Shown here piece by piece: positions 14,998-22,576 of a stretch of DNA of 24,000 bases (position 1 is its first letter; each line of letters begins with the position of its first letter). The position numbers were made by a program, and so were the translations under genes. The notes beneath the pieces were generated by a model. It saw nothing but the letters and a program-made list of their open reading frames with translations. It made no database searches and had not been told where the DNA came from. Origin of the DNA: an uncultured Solirubrobacteraceae bacterium. GTDB lineage: Bacteria; Actinomycetota; Thermoleophilia; Solirubrobacterales; Solirubrobacteraceae. The DNA lies in contig CAXTBB010000011.1 in the NCBI GenBank assembly GCA_964242305.1, forward strand, positions 52,935 to 76,934. The letters are read 5' to 3'.

Positions 14998-16085
14998 CGC
15001 GCCACCGCCTCGATGCCCGGGGCCATCTTCGCCGCGACGGCCGCCCACGACGCGTCCTCGCGCACCCGCCGCAGCGCCTCGGCTCCCATCGCCGCCGCGC
15101 GGTCCGGGTCACCCAGCAGTTCGATCAGCGCGTCCGCGACCGCACCGGGGTCGCGGGGAGGGACGAGCCGGCCGGTCACCCCATCGTCGATGATCTCCGG
15201 CACGGCGAAGGCATCCGTGCCGATGCAGGGCAGGCCGTTGGCCATCGCCTCGTGATAGACGAGGCCCCACGGGTCCCACAGGGTCGGCAGCACGAACACG
15301 GTGGCGGAGGCATAGAGGGCCGCCAGCTCGGCGCGTGACTCCACCCGTCCCGTCCAGCGTACGCCCGAGGCGTCCGGCCCGGGCGGCGGCCCCACGATCA
15401 CGAGCTCCGCGTCGGGCACCGCCGCCCGAACCGCGGGCCACGCCGCGAGCACCTCGTGGCCGCCCTTGCGCTCCAGCTCGAGGCCCACGAGCAGCGCCCG
15501 CGGCCGGTCGGGGCGCGGTGGCGGCGCGGCGACGATGTCCAGGTTCGCGCCGGCGCCGACCGCCGTGACCCGCGCCGGGTCGCATCCGTAGTCCGAGATC
15601 GCGGAACCGCGGGCGAACTCGCTCATGGTGAAGACGTGCGACGCGCCGGTGAAGACCCGGCGCTCTCGGTCCTGGAGCGCGCGTAGCCGCGTGAGCGTCG
15701 TCGGGAGCCCACCGAAGCGATAGCGCTCGTTCAGCGCCTGCGTGGAATCCGTGTACAGGACGTAGGGCGCCGACCGGCTGCGGCCGCCGGGGGCGTTGAG
15801 GGTCTGCGTCTGCACGATGACGTCATAGTCGCCTACGTGGCGGCGCAGCGCGCGCTCGACCACGAACGTGCGCCCCGCGAAGTGCAGGCGCGAGTAGTCG
15901 ATGCGCAGCTTCCAGGCCGTCACGCTGGGATGCACGGTGCGGGCGGCGAGCAGCGCGAAGAGCGGTCGGGTGAGCACCGGCCGGATGACGTCGACGATCT
16001 CGAAGTGCGCGGCGAGCCCGTCGTACAGCCCGGTCCACTTGCCGCCTGAGTCCTGCGCCACGCCGAGAACGCGGACCTGGGGCAC
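14994..16085 (-). CDS. family 4 glycosyltransferase
   Basis: The C-domain reads ALLVGLELERKGGHEVL...LVIVGPPPG...RWTGRVESRAELAALYASATVFVLPTLWDPWGLVYHEAMANGLPCIGTDAFAVPEIIDDGVTGRLV. The preferred start is GTG 16085 (VPQVRVLGVAQDSGG, a typical GT4 N-terminus), 6 nt after a TACGCT -10 box. The track start 16265 would overlap the divergent flippase gene. Confidence 0.8.
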   Translation of the reverse strand: MPQVRVLGVAQDSGGKWTGLYDGLAAHFEIVDVIRPVLTRPLFALLAARTVHPSVTAWKLRIDYSRLHFAGRTFVVERALRRHVGDYDVIVQTQTLNAPGGRSRSAPYVLYTDSTQALNERYRFGGLPTTLTRLRALQDRERRVFTGASHVFTMSEFARGSAISDYGCDPARVTAVGAGANLDIVAAPPPRPDRPRALLVGLELERKGGHEVLAAWPAVRAAVPDAELVIVGPPPGPDASGVRWTGRVESRAELAALYASATVFVLPTLWDPWGLVYHEAMANGLPCIGTDAFAVPEIIDDGVTGRLVPPRDPGAVADALIELLGDPDRAAAMGAEALRRVREDASWAAVAAKMAPGIEAVAR

Positions 16086-16134
16086 CCCAGGAGCGTATCC
16101 GGCGTCCCAGGCACCGCCCGTATGCTCGCGCGAC
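16086..16134. promoter_or_regulatory. 49-nt divergent promoter region, both genes apparently leaderless
   Basis: Plus strand: TATGCT (16121-16126), then 8 nt, then GTG 16135. Minus strand: TACGCT (16097-16092), then 6 nt, then GTG 16085. A direct repeat CCCAGG occurs at 16086-16091 and 16106-16111, with 20-nt periodicity. Confidence 0.35.
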
Positions 16135-17631
16135 GTGTCCGGTGCCACCGAGCCAACCGCCGTGGCCGGCGGAGAGCCGGCGCCCGAACCGGCGGGCGTC
16201 GTCGCCAACACCTTCTTCGGGTTGGTGGGCCAGGTCGTCACGGCGGGCTTCACAGCGGCACTCACCCTCTATCTCGTCCGCGCACTCGGTCCGCACGAGT
16301 TCGGCGTCTTCTCTCTCGCGCTGAGCGTCAGCTCGATCGCCATCGTCCTGGCCGATTTCGGGATCGCGACCGCGGTGTCGATGTTCACCGCCCGCGAGCG
16401 CGAGAACCCCGCCGAGTTGCGGCGTGTCACCGACGCCGCCCTGCGCCTGAAGGTGATCGGAAGCGCCGTCATCGCCGTCGCACTCGTCCTGCTGGCGCCG
16501 GTGATCGCCTCGGCGTACGGCGAGCCCGGCCTGACCTGGCCGCTGCGGGCGGTCGCCGCCTCGCTGTTCCTCGAGAGTCAGTTGATGCTCTACACGAGCG
16601 TCTTCGGCGCTCTGCTCCGCGTCGCCGTCAACACCCGTGTGATCTTCTGGGAGAGCCTGGTCGAGGCGACCGCCAGCATCTCCCTGGTCGTGCTCGGACT
16701 CGGCGCGGCCGGCGCGCTGCTGGGCCGGGCGGTCGGGTACGCCGTCGGTCTCGGGCTGGCCATGCTGCTGCTCTCGCGCGCCATCGGCCGGCCGTCGCTG
16801 CGCCGGGACGTCGATCGGGACCTCCAGCGCTCGATCCTCGCGTACGCGCGCCCCCTGATCATCCTCGGCAGCGCCTATGTGATCTACAACTACCTCGACG
16901 CCCTGCTGATCGGGGCGCTGCTGTCCGCTCGCGACGTCGGGGAGTTCGCCGCCCCCATGCGCTTCATCGTGCTGGCCGGGTACGTCGGCCAGGCGGTCGG
17001 GTCGGCGATCGCGCCGCGGCTGGCCGGGGACAGCCCGGACACGACGACGTTCATGGTCGGCCTCCGCCTGATGCTGCTCGTGCAGGCGCTCATCGTCGTC
17101 CCGCTGCTGGTCTGGGCGGACCCCATCATCGACCTCCTGCTCGGGCCCGGCTATCGCGAGGCGCCGGCGGTCATGCAAACCCTGACGCCGTACACGTTCT
17201 TGCTGGGGCTCGCTCCGCTCATCACCCAGAGCACGATCTTCATCGGGGCCGCAGGGCGGCGCGTGCGCATCGTCATGGCGTCGTTGGCGCTCAACGCCGC
17301 CGTCGACCTCGCACTGCTGCCGGTGATCGGCGTGGAGGGCGCCGCGATCGGGACCTCGCTGGCCTTCGCGCTGTACGTGCCGGCGCACCTGCGGTTGTGC
17401 TCCACGACCCTCGACCTGCACCTCGGCGTGCTGCTCCCGACGGTGCTGCGCTCGCTGCTGGCCGCCGTCGCGGCGGGCGGCGTGCTCCTGGCGATCGGGA
17501 CGCGGGACCTGAGCGCCGCCCAGTGGGCGTTGGGCGTCGTCGGGTGCCCCGCGGCCTACCTGGGCGTGCTGGTGGCGACGCGCGAGCTCGGTCGCGACGA
17601 CCTGCGCGACCTGCGCACGTTGCGGCAATGA
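16135..17631 (+). CDS. polysaccharide/oligosaccharide flippase (Wzx-like, MOP superfamily)
   Basis: Polytopic protein. The N-terminal region reads NTFFGLVGQVVTAGFTAALTLYLVRALGPHEFGVFSLALSV, with many further TM segments typical of the Polysacc_synt family. The start is GTG 16135 (in frame with track ORF 15901..17631), or alternatively GTG 16162. The stop overlaps the next ATG (ATGA). Confidence 0.8.
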   Translation: MSGATEPTAVAGGEPAPEPAGVVANTFFGLVGQVVTAGFTAALTLYLVRALGPHEFGVFSLALSVSSIAIVLADFGIATAVSMFTARERENPAELRRVTDAALRLKVIGSAVIAVALVLLAPVIASAYGEPGLTWPLRAVAASLFLESQLMLYTSVFGALLRVAVNTRVIFWESLVEATASISLVVLGLGAAGALLGRAVGYAVGLGLAMLLLSRAIGRPSLRRDVDRDLQRSILAYARPLIILGSAYVIYNYLDALLIGALLSARDVGEFAAPMRFIVLAGYVGQAVGSAIAPRLAGDSPDTTTFMVGLRLMLLVQALIVVPLLVWADPIIDLLLGPGYREAPAVMQTLTPYTFLLGLAPLITQSTIFIGAAGRRVRIVMASLALNAAVDLALLPVIGVEGAAIGTSLAFALYVPAHLRLCSTTLDLHLGVLLPTVLRSLLAAVAAGGVLLAIGTRDLSAAQWALGVVGCPAAYLGVLVATRELGRDDLRDLRTLRQ

Positions 17632-18722
17632 CCCATCCGTCGCCAGACGGACGGGTGGCCTCAGGCTCGCGACGTCCGTATCCGATGTACTTCGTGGCCC
17701 CTGTCTCGCCGCCCCTCGCCGTGTCTCTGCGCCTCGCCCCCCTCATCTCCCTCTGCTTCTGGCTGATCGCCTGCGGCGGCCCGGTCGGCACGGTGTCGGC
17801 GGCCACGTGCGACGTCGTCGCCTCCCCCGCCGGCGCCGACGGCGCGGCCGGCACCGCCGACGCCCCGCTGCGCAGCGCGCAGGCGGTCATCGACCGGCTG
17901 CGTCCCGGGCAGACCGGCTGCCTGCGGGCCGGGCGCTACGACGGGCGCGGCGCGCCCGGGTACGCCGCGCGCTTCGGTCACGGGGGCCGGCCGGGCCGGC
18001 CGCTCACGCTGCGCTCCTTCCCGGGCGAGCGCGCGACGCTGCGCGGGGTCGTCTACGTCCCCCGGGGGTCCGACAACGTGACCATCTCCGATCTGACCAT
18101 CGACGATCCCACGTCGTACCTGCGCGATCGCCAGCTCACCGTCCAGCTCAACGCCCGCGCGACGCGCCTGGTGCGCGACGAGATCACCAACGGCGCCACC
18201 AAGACCTGCGTGGTACTCGGCGTGGGCGGGGCACGGGCGACCGGCACCGTCATCCGCGACTCCGTCCTGCACGACTGCGGCGACCCCGGCAACCGGATGC
18301 TCGACCATGCCATCTACGTCGCCTCGGCCCGGCGCACCAGGGTGGTGGCCAACACGATCATCCGCGCCGGCGGCTACGCCGTGCACCTGTACCCGGACGC
18401 CCAGCGCAGCGTCGTCCGCGACAACGTCATGATCGGCAACGGCGGGGGCGTGATCTTCGCCGGCGAGGGCGACGAAGCCTCGTCGAACAACCTGGTCGAG
18501 GGCAACGTCATCGGAGACTCGACCAGCGAGGCGGACATCACGTCCTACTGGGGCGGGCGCACCGGCCGGGGCAACGTCGCCCGGGACAACTGCGTCTCGC
18601 ATGCGCCCGCCACAGAGGGTCGGGGCTTCGCCACCGTAGCCAACGTCGTGGGCATCAACCATTGCGACGGCGTCGTGCCGCCCGCGCTGTCGGCGGCCGC
18701 GATCAAGCTCCTGACGCCCTGA
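17628..18722 (+). CDS. right-handed parallel beta-helix protein, probable lipoprotein (putative glycan lyase/hydrolase/modifying enzyme)
   Basis: This is the C-terminal 364 codons of track ORF 16122..18722. ATG 17628 gives an ATGA overlap with the flippase stop; ATG 17685 is an alternative. The signal-like N-terminus ends in the lipobox L-I-A-C (Cys codon 17772-17774). A beta-helix cap motif follows (ASPAGADGAAGTADAPLRSAQAVIDRLRPGQTGCLRAGRY). Repeated turns read NVTISDLTI, TRLVRDEITNG, VIRDSVLHDCGDP, DHAIYV, NVMIGNGGGVIFAGEGD, NLVEGNVIG. Confidence 0.75.
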   Translation: MTHPSPDGRVASGSRRPYPMYFVAPVSPPLAVSLRLAPLISLCFWLIACGGPVGTVSAATCDVVASPAGADGAAGTADAPLRSAQAVIDRLRPGQTGCLRAGRYDGRGAPGYAARFGHGGRPGRPLTLRSFPGERATLRGVVYVPRGSDNVTISDLTIDDPTSYLRDRQLTVQLNARATRLVRDEITNGATKTCVVLGVGGARATGTVIRDSVLHDCGDPGNRMLDHAIYVASARRTRVVANTIIRAGGYAVHLYPDAQRSVVRDNVMIGNGGGVIFAGEGDEASSNNLVEGNVIGDSTSEADITSYWGGRTGRGNVARDNCVSHAPATEGRGFATVANVVGINHCDGVVPPALSAAAIKLLTP

Positions 18723-18774
18723 CGGCCGGACGTTCGTCCGAATCGTCCGCGCTCCTTCGCGCATCCGCGGCCGG

Positions 18775-20283
18775 GTGTCGATGCAGACGACGATGCCCCG
18801 CCGCCTGCTGTTCCCGCTGCTCGTGTTGGTCTTCGCAACCGCGGCCGCGTCAGCCCACGCCGCCGTCGTCACCTGCAGCCGTTACGCGTCACCCTTCGGC
18901 TCCGACGTGGGCACGGGCACTCAGGCGTCTCCCTACCTGACCGCCCAGAAGCTCGCCGACGCGCTGACCCCGGGCCAGATCGGATGCCTGGACTCGGGCA
19001 CCTACGGAGAGCCCTACGCGGGCGCCAACGTGCTGCGCGTCAACCACGGCGGGACCCCCGGAGCGCCGATCGTCATCCGGAGCACGCCGGGCCAGCGGGC
19101 GACCCTGCGCGGCCTGGTCTACGTGCCGGCGGGGTCGGACAACGTCACCATCTCCAACCTCGACCTCGACGTCCGCCGGGCCACCCCGGACAAGACGGTC
19201 GGCATCCAGGTGATGGGCAACGACGTCGTCCTGGCTCGCAACGACATCACCAATCGCGCGACCGCGATCTGCTCCTCCTTCGGCGCCCCCGGCTGGGGCC
19301 GTCCCGCCCGGGTGACCATCCGGGAGAACGTCTTCCACGACTGCGGTGACCCGGCCGACACCATCTACGACCACGCCGTCTACCTGGAGTCGGTCGACGG
19401 CGGGCTCATCACGGACAACCTGTTCTTGCGCTCCAGCGCCTACGCGGTCCACTTCTACCCCGACGCCACCAACGTGACCGTCTCCCACAACGTGATGGAC
19501 GGCAACGGCAGCGGCGTCATCTTCGCCGGCGAGGGCGACGCCGCCTCTACAGGCAACGTCGTCTCCCAGAACGTCGTGACCAACTCCCGCATCCGGCCCG
19601 GGATCCACTCGTGGTGGGGCAAGGCCGTGGGGACAGGGAACCGCGCGTCGTCGAACTGCGTCAACAACCCGGGGCAGACCAACGTGGACGTGTCGCTGGG
19701 TGGCTTCACCGCCACTGGCAACGTGATCGCCGCTCCGGCCTACGTCGACCCGGCCCACGGCGACTACCGCCTGGCCAGCACCAGCGGGTGCTTGAGCGTC
19801 GTCGGTTACGACACGGCCGCCAAGCTGCGCGCGATCCCCGAGGACACCGCGACCGCACCCACCCCGACGCCGACGCCAACCGCGACGCCGTCCGTGACGG
19901 CCACGCCGAGTCCGACGGCGACGCCGGCACCGACCACGACGGCGGCCCCCACCGCCACACCGGCTCCCACTGCCACCGCGACGCCCACACCGCACCCGAC
20001 CCTGACGCCCACGCCCACCTCCACCCCGACGGCCACACCCGCGCCGGCCACGCCCGCGGTCACCCCGGTCCCGCCGGTGCCGGTGCCGACGATCCCGGCG
20101 CCGGAGGACGGCACCGCGCCGCCGCCGACGACGAACGTCCCGCCGGTGGAAGCCGCCCACATCGAGGTCGACGACAAGGCCTTCAGCGCCAGCGGCGGTT
20201 CCACGGTGTCCCCTGACGCGGTGCGGGCCTGCAAGCGGCTGCCCAAGCGCAAGCGCGCCGCCTGCCTGGCCGCCCTCGGCTAG
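18775..20283 (+). CDS. secreted right-handed beta-helix protein with Pro/Thr/Ala-rich linker and short basic Cys-bracketed C-terminal tail
   Basis: Sec-type signal MPRRLLFPLLVLVFATAAASAHA|AVV. The start is GTG 18775, ATG 18781 or ATG 18793. The cap motif is YASPFGSDVGTGTQASPYLTAQKLADALTPGQIGCLDSGTY. The beta-helix turns are paralogous to those of 17628..18722 (ATLRGLVYVPAGSDNVTISNL, VFHDCGDP, DHAVYL, YAVHFYPDAT, GNGSGVIFAGEGD). Confidence 0.8.
   Translation: MSMQTTMPRRLLFPLLVLVFATAAASAHAAVVTCSRYASPFGSDVGTGTQASPYLTAQKLADALTPGQIGCLDSGTYGEPYAGANVLRVNHGGTPGAPIVIRSTPGQRATLRGLVYVPAGSDNVTISNLDLDVRRATPDKTVGIQVMGNDVVLARNDITNRATAICSSFGAPGWGRPARVTIRENVFHDCGDPADTIYDHAVYLESVDGGLITDNLFLRSSAYAVHFYPDATNVTVSHNVMDGNGSGVIFAGEGDAASTGNVVSQNVVTNSRIRPGIHSWWGKAVGTGNRASSNCVNNPGQTNVDVSLGGFTATGNVIAAPAYVDPAHGDYRLASTSGCLSVVGYDTAAKLRAIPEDTATAPTPTPTPTATPSVTATPSPTATPAPTTTAAPTATPAPTATATPTPHPTLTPTPTSTPTATPAPATPAVTPVPPVPVPTIPAPEDGTAPPPTTNVPPVEAAHIEVDDKAFSASGGSTVSPDAVRACKRLPKRKRAACLAALG
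19846..20139 (+). repeat. low-complexity (ACN/CCN/GCN)n coding repeat encoding a Pro/Thr/Ala linker
   Basis: Codons 358-455 of the beta-helix gene read TATAPTPTPTPTATPSVTATPSPTATPAPTTTAAPTATPAPTATATPTPHPTLTPTPTSTPTATPAPATPAVTPVPPVPVPTIPAPEDGTAPPPTTN. The triplet periodicity is imperfect and in frame. Confidence 0.7.
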
Positions 20284-21404
20284 CGGAGGCGAGCGGCCAG
20301 GAGCCGCTCGTAGACGCCGGCGCAGCGCTCGGCGTACTTGGCAACCGTGAAGTCGCCGGCGCGCGCACGCGCCGCGACGGCCATGGCGGCCCGGCGGTCC
20401 GGGTCACTCAGCACGGTCGCCAGCCCACGGGCCAGCGCTTCCGGATCGCGGCGCTCGACGAGGATCGAGCAACGCTCGTCGACCACGTCCGGGATGCCTC
20501 CGACGTTCGTCGCGACGACGGGGACGCCCGCCGCCAGCGCCTCCAGCAACGAAAGCGGCATGCCCTCGAAATCGGAGCTCATGACCATCACGTCGGCCGC
20601 CGCCCAGACCGCCGCGGTGTCCTCCCGGTAGCCGAGCAGGTGCACCGCGGCGCCCAATCCGCGCCGGACGATGCCGGCCTCCACGGCCGCCCGCTCCTCG
20701 CCGTCCCCGGCCACGATCAGCCGGGCGTCGGGCAGGTTGGCGCGTAGGCGGGCGAACGCGTCCAGCAGCACGTCGAGTCGCTTCTGGGGCCGCATCAGCA
20801 TGACCGCCGCCGCGACGGCGGCGCCGGCAGGGATGCCGAGCTCGGTGCGGAGGTCGCCGGCGGCTGCGGCCGGGCGCGGCGACCAGGCGTTCGGGACGAC
20901 CTCGATCTTCGCGCGGGGCACCCGCTCCAAGCGGTGCATGCGCTCGGCGTCGGCCGACGAGACGGCCAGGAAGGCGTCGGCGAGCCGGCCGATCACGAGG
21001 CCGTCGACCACCCGCCGCACGTACTGGCCCTCGTAGGACCACGTGTGCTCGTGGGCGACGACCGCGGGGACGCGGAACACGCGCCCGAAGATCGATCCCC
21101 AGACGTTCGAGCCGTACATGTGGGCGTGCAGCACGTCCGGGCGCAGCGCGCGCAGCAGGGCCGCGAACCGGCGGTGACCAGCGAGGTCGAACGTGGCCGT
21201 CCGCCCGAGGTGCACGTGACGGGCGCCGGAGGCGAGAAGCTCCTCGAGGGGTTCGCCCCCCGCAAGACGGCTGGTGCACAGCCACACGTCGAACCGGTCG
21301 CGCGGGAGGTTGACGGCGAGGGCGAGCGCGGCGCGCTCGGCCCCCGCGGAGGAGTCATCCAGGCGGTCGACGAGACCGAGCACGCGGATCCGGCCGGACG
21401 GCAT
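20280..21404 (-). CDS. family 4 glycosyltransferase
   Basis: 374 aa. The N-terminus reads RIRVLGLVDRLDDSSAGAERAALALA. The C-domain reads RLIVAGDGEERAAVEAGIVRRGLGAAVHLLGYRED...VMVMSSDFEGMPLSLLEALAAGVPVVATNVGGIPDVV. Its stop overlaps the convergent beta-helix gene's stop within CTAG (20280-20283). Confidence 0.9.
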   Translation of the reverse strand: MPSGRIRVLGLVDRLDDSSAGAERAALALAVNLPRDRFDVWLCTSRLAGGEPLEELLASGARHVHLGRTATFDLAGHRRFAALLRALRPDVLHAHMYGSNVWGSIFGRVFRVPAVVAHEHTWSYEGQYVRRVVDGLVIGRLADAFLAVSSADAERMHRLERVPRAKIEVVPNAWSPRPAAAAGDLRTELGIPAGAAVAAAVMLMRPQKRLDVLLDAFARLRANLPDARLIVAGDGEERAAVEAGIVRRGLGAAVHLLGYREDTAAVWAAADVMVMSSDFEGMPLSLLEALAAGVPVVATNVGGIPDVVDERCSILVERRDPEALARGLATVLSDPDRRAAMAVAARARAGDFTVAKYAERCAGVYERLLAARLR

Positions 21405-21422
21405 CGCCCGGGCAGACTACGG

Positions 21423-21818
21423 CTAGATCAGCGACGCGTTGCCGCTGAGGATGCTGATCAGGCGCGGGAGGCGGTGGGTGCGCGTGGCCAGCATGAAGCG
21501 GCCGATCGCGGTCTCCTGCGCGTGGTGCCGCGCGCCGACAACCGCGCGCAGGCGGCGGTGGTGGTCCGTGTGACCGCCGTCGATCGTGGTGCGGAAGCTG
21601 AGCACCTCGACGGGGCGCCCGCGGCGATCGCGGGTGCGCTCGCGGCGCAGCACCGGGCCGCTCGAGGTCTGGCGGACCAGCACGGCAAGGAGCACCATGA
21701 GCGGGAGCAGAAGCAGCAGCAGCCCAAGGGAGACGAGAACATCGAGGACCCTGCGGACGGAGAGCGTCCGCGCGGGTGAAGTCGACGAAGTGGCTGAGAC
21801 GGTGCGGACGCTGCCCAT
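21423..21818 (-). CDS. truncated, catalytically degenerate phosphoglycosyl transferase (Bac_transf family N-terminal fragment, 131 aa); possibly a pseudogene
   Basis: From ATG 21818: RRVLDVLVSLGLLLLLLPLMVLLAVLVRQTSSGPVLRRERTRDRRGRPVEVLSFRT matches the re-entrant helix plus the GPVxFxQxRxGxxGxxFxxxKFRT motif of monotopic PGTs. AIGRFMLATRTHRLPRLISILSGNASLI aligns to VGRFLRRTSLDELPQLxNVLxGxMSLV. The Asp-Glu dyad reads His-Arg, and the ORF stops just before the expected GPRP motif. GC3 is still high. No SD or -10 was seen upstream. Confidence 0.6.
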   Translation of the reverse strand: MGSVRTVSATSSTSPARTLSVRRVLDVLVSLGLLLLLLPLMVLLAVLVRQTSSGPVLRRERTRDRRGRPVEVLSFRTTIDGGHTDHHRRLRAVVGARHHAQETAIGRFMLATRTHRLPRLISILSGNASLI

Positions 21819-21908
21819 GTGGGTTCGATCGGGACACAAGAGCCAGCGCTTGAGGGGATCGCTGCGCAACTGGACGCCTGATGAGCCAGATGGCATGGTG
21901 TGCGCTCC

Positions 21909-22301
21909 ATGGCCCTGCGCGTCGGCATCGACACCGTTTCCGTGGACGCCGTCCGCGCGGCGCTCGACGCCCACGGGGAGCGATACCTGCGCCGGGTCTT
22001 CACCGAACGCGAGGTCGCGGAGTCCGCGGGCGAGCCGGAGCGGCTCGCCGCCCGCTTCGCCGCGAAGGAGGCGACGCTGAAGGCGCTTCGCGCGGGCGAC
22101 GGCGGCGTGCCCTGGCCGGCGATGGAGGTCCGCCGCCATCCCGGCGGGCACACGGATCTGGCCCTGTCGGGCGTGGCGGCGGAGCGCGCCGCGGCGGCGG
22201 GCATCGTCGACCTCGCGGTCTCCCTCACCCACGAGGCCGGTCTAGCCTCTGCGGTCGTCGTCGCCCAGACGAAAGTTTCCGACGCAACGGCCGATACGTG
22301 A
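21909..22301 (+). CDS. acpS: holo-[acyl-carrier-protein] synthase (AcpS-type 4'-phosphopantetheinyl transferase)
   Basis: MALRVGIDTVSVDAVRAAL...RVFTEREV...LAARFAAKEATLKAL...WPAMEVRRHPGGHTDLALSG...VSLTHEAGLASAVVVA matches the AcpS pattern (GxDxxxxxR, F(T/S)xxE, AKEAxxKA, SISH-like). The track start GTG 21900 is an alternative. Confidence 0.85.
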   Translation: MALRVGIDTVSVDAVRAALDAHGERYLRRVFTEREVAESAGEPERLAARFAAKEATLKALRAGDGGVPWPAMEVRRHPGGHTDLALSGVAAERAAAAGIVDLAVSLTHEAGLASAVVVAQTKVSDATADT

Positions 22302-22324
22302 GCAGACCCCGAGAGGACCGACCC

Positions 22325-22576
22325 ATGACCGACCGCATTCGCACAATCCTTTCCGACCATGCCCGCCTGAGCGTGGACGCCGCCACCCTGGGCAACCACG
22401 ACGATCTCTACCAGGCCGGGATGACGTCGCACGCCAGTGTCCAGGTGATGCTCGCGCTCGAAGACGAGTTCGACGTCGAGTTCCCCGACGCCATGCTCAA
22501 GCGCAGCGTCTTCGAGACCATCGCGAACATGGCCGAGGCCGTGGGCTCGCTGGTCGAAGCAGAGCAGGCGGCGTGA
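22325..22576 (+). CDS. acyl/aminoacyl carrier protein (83 aa)
   Basis: This is the C-terminal part of track ORF 21881..22576. ATG 22325 is preceded by GAGAGGA (22311-22317). The sequence is MTDRIRTILSDHARLSVDAATLGNHDDLYQAGMTSHASVQVMLALEDEFDVEFPDAMLKRSVFETIANMAEAV. It looks like a four-helix ACP with the putative phosphopantetheine Ser in GMTSH, at the start of helix 2. Confidence 0.85.
   Translation: MTDRIRTILSDHARLSVDAATLGNHDDLYQAGMTSHASVQVMLALEDEFDVEFPDAMLKRSVFETIANMAEAVGSLVEAEQAA

Noticed and set aside
18727-18740. Hairpin CGGAC-GTTC-GTCCG after the first beta-helix gene, considered as an intrinsic terminator
   Set aside because: The stem is only 5 bp with no downstream U-tract. The next gene follows within 52 nt and is probably co-transcribed.
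19846-20139. Short-period repeat DNA, considered as a CRISPR/VNTR-like array
   Set aside because: The periodicity is 3 nt, imperfect and in frame, and it encodes a Pro/Thr/Ala linker. There is no repeat-spacer organisation.
15823-20160. Minus-strand ORFs 15823..17628, 17661..18872 and 18889..20160, and the N-terminal 500 aa of plus-strand ORF 16122..18722
   Set aside because: They are antisense or out of frame to the flippase and beta-helix genes, and their translations are low-complexity Arg/Gly/Asp. The 866-aa ORF is real only from ATG 17628 onward.
21819-21908. Divergent spacer between the degenerate PGT and acpS, searched for promoter elements
   Set aside because: No TANNNT box lies at a sensible distance from either start, and no clear -35/-10 pair is present (only weak TGGACG/CATGGT). 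There is not enough evidence to call a promoter.
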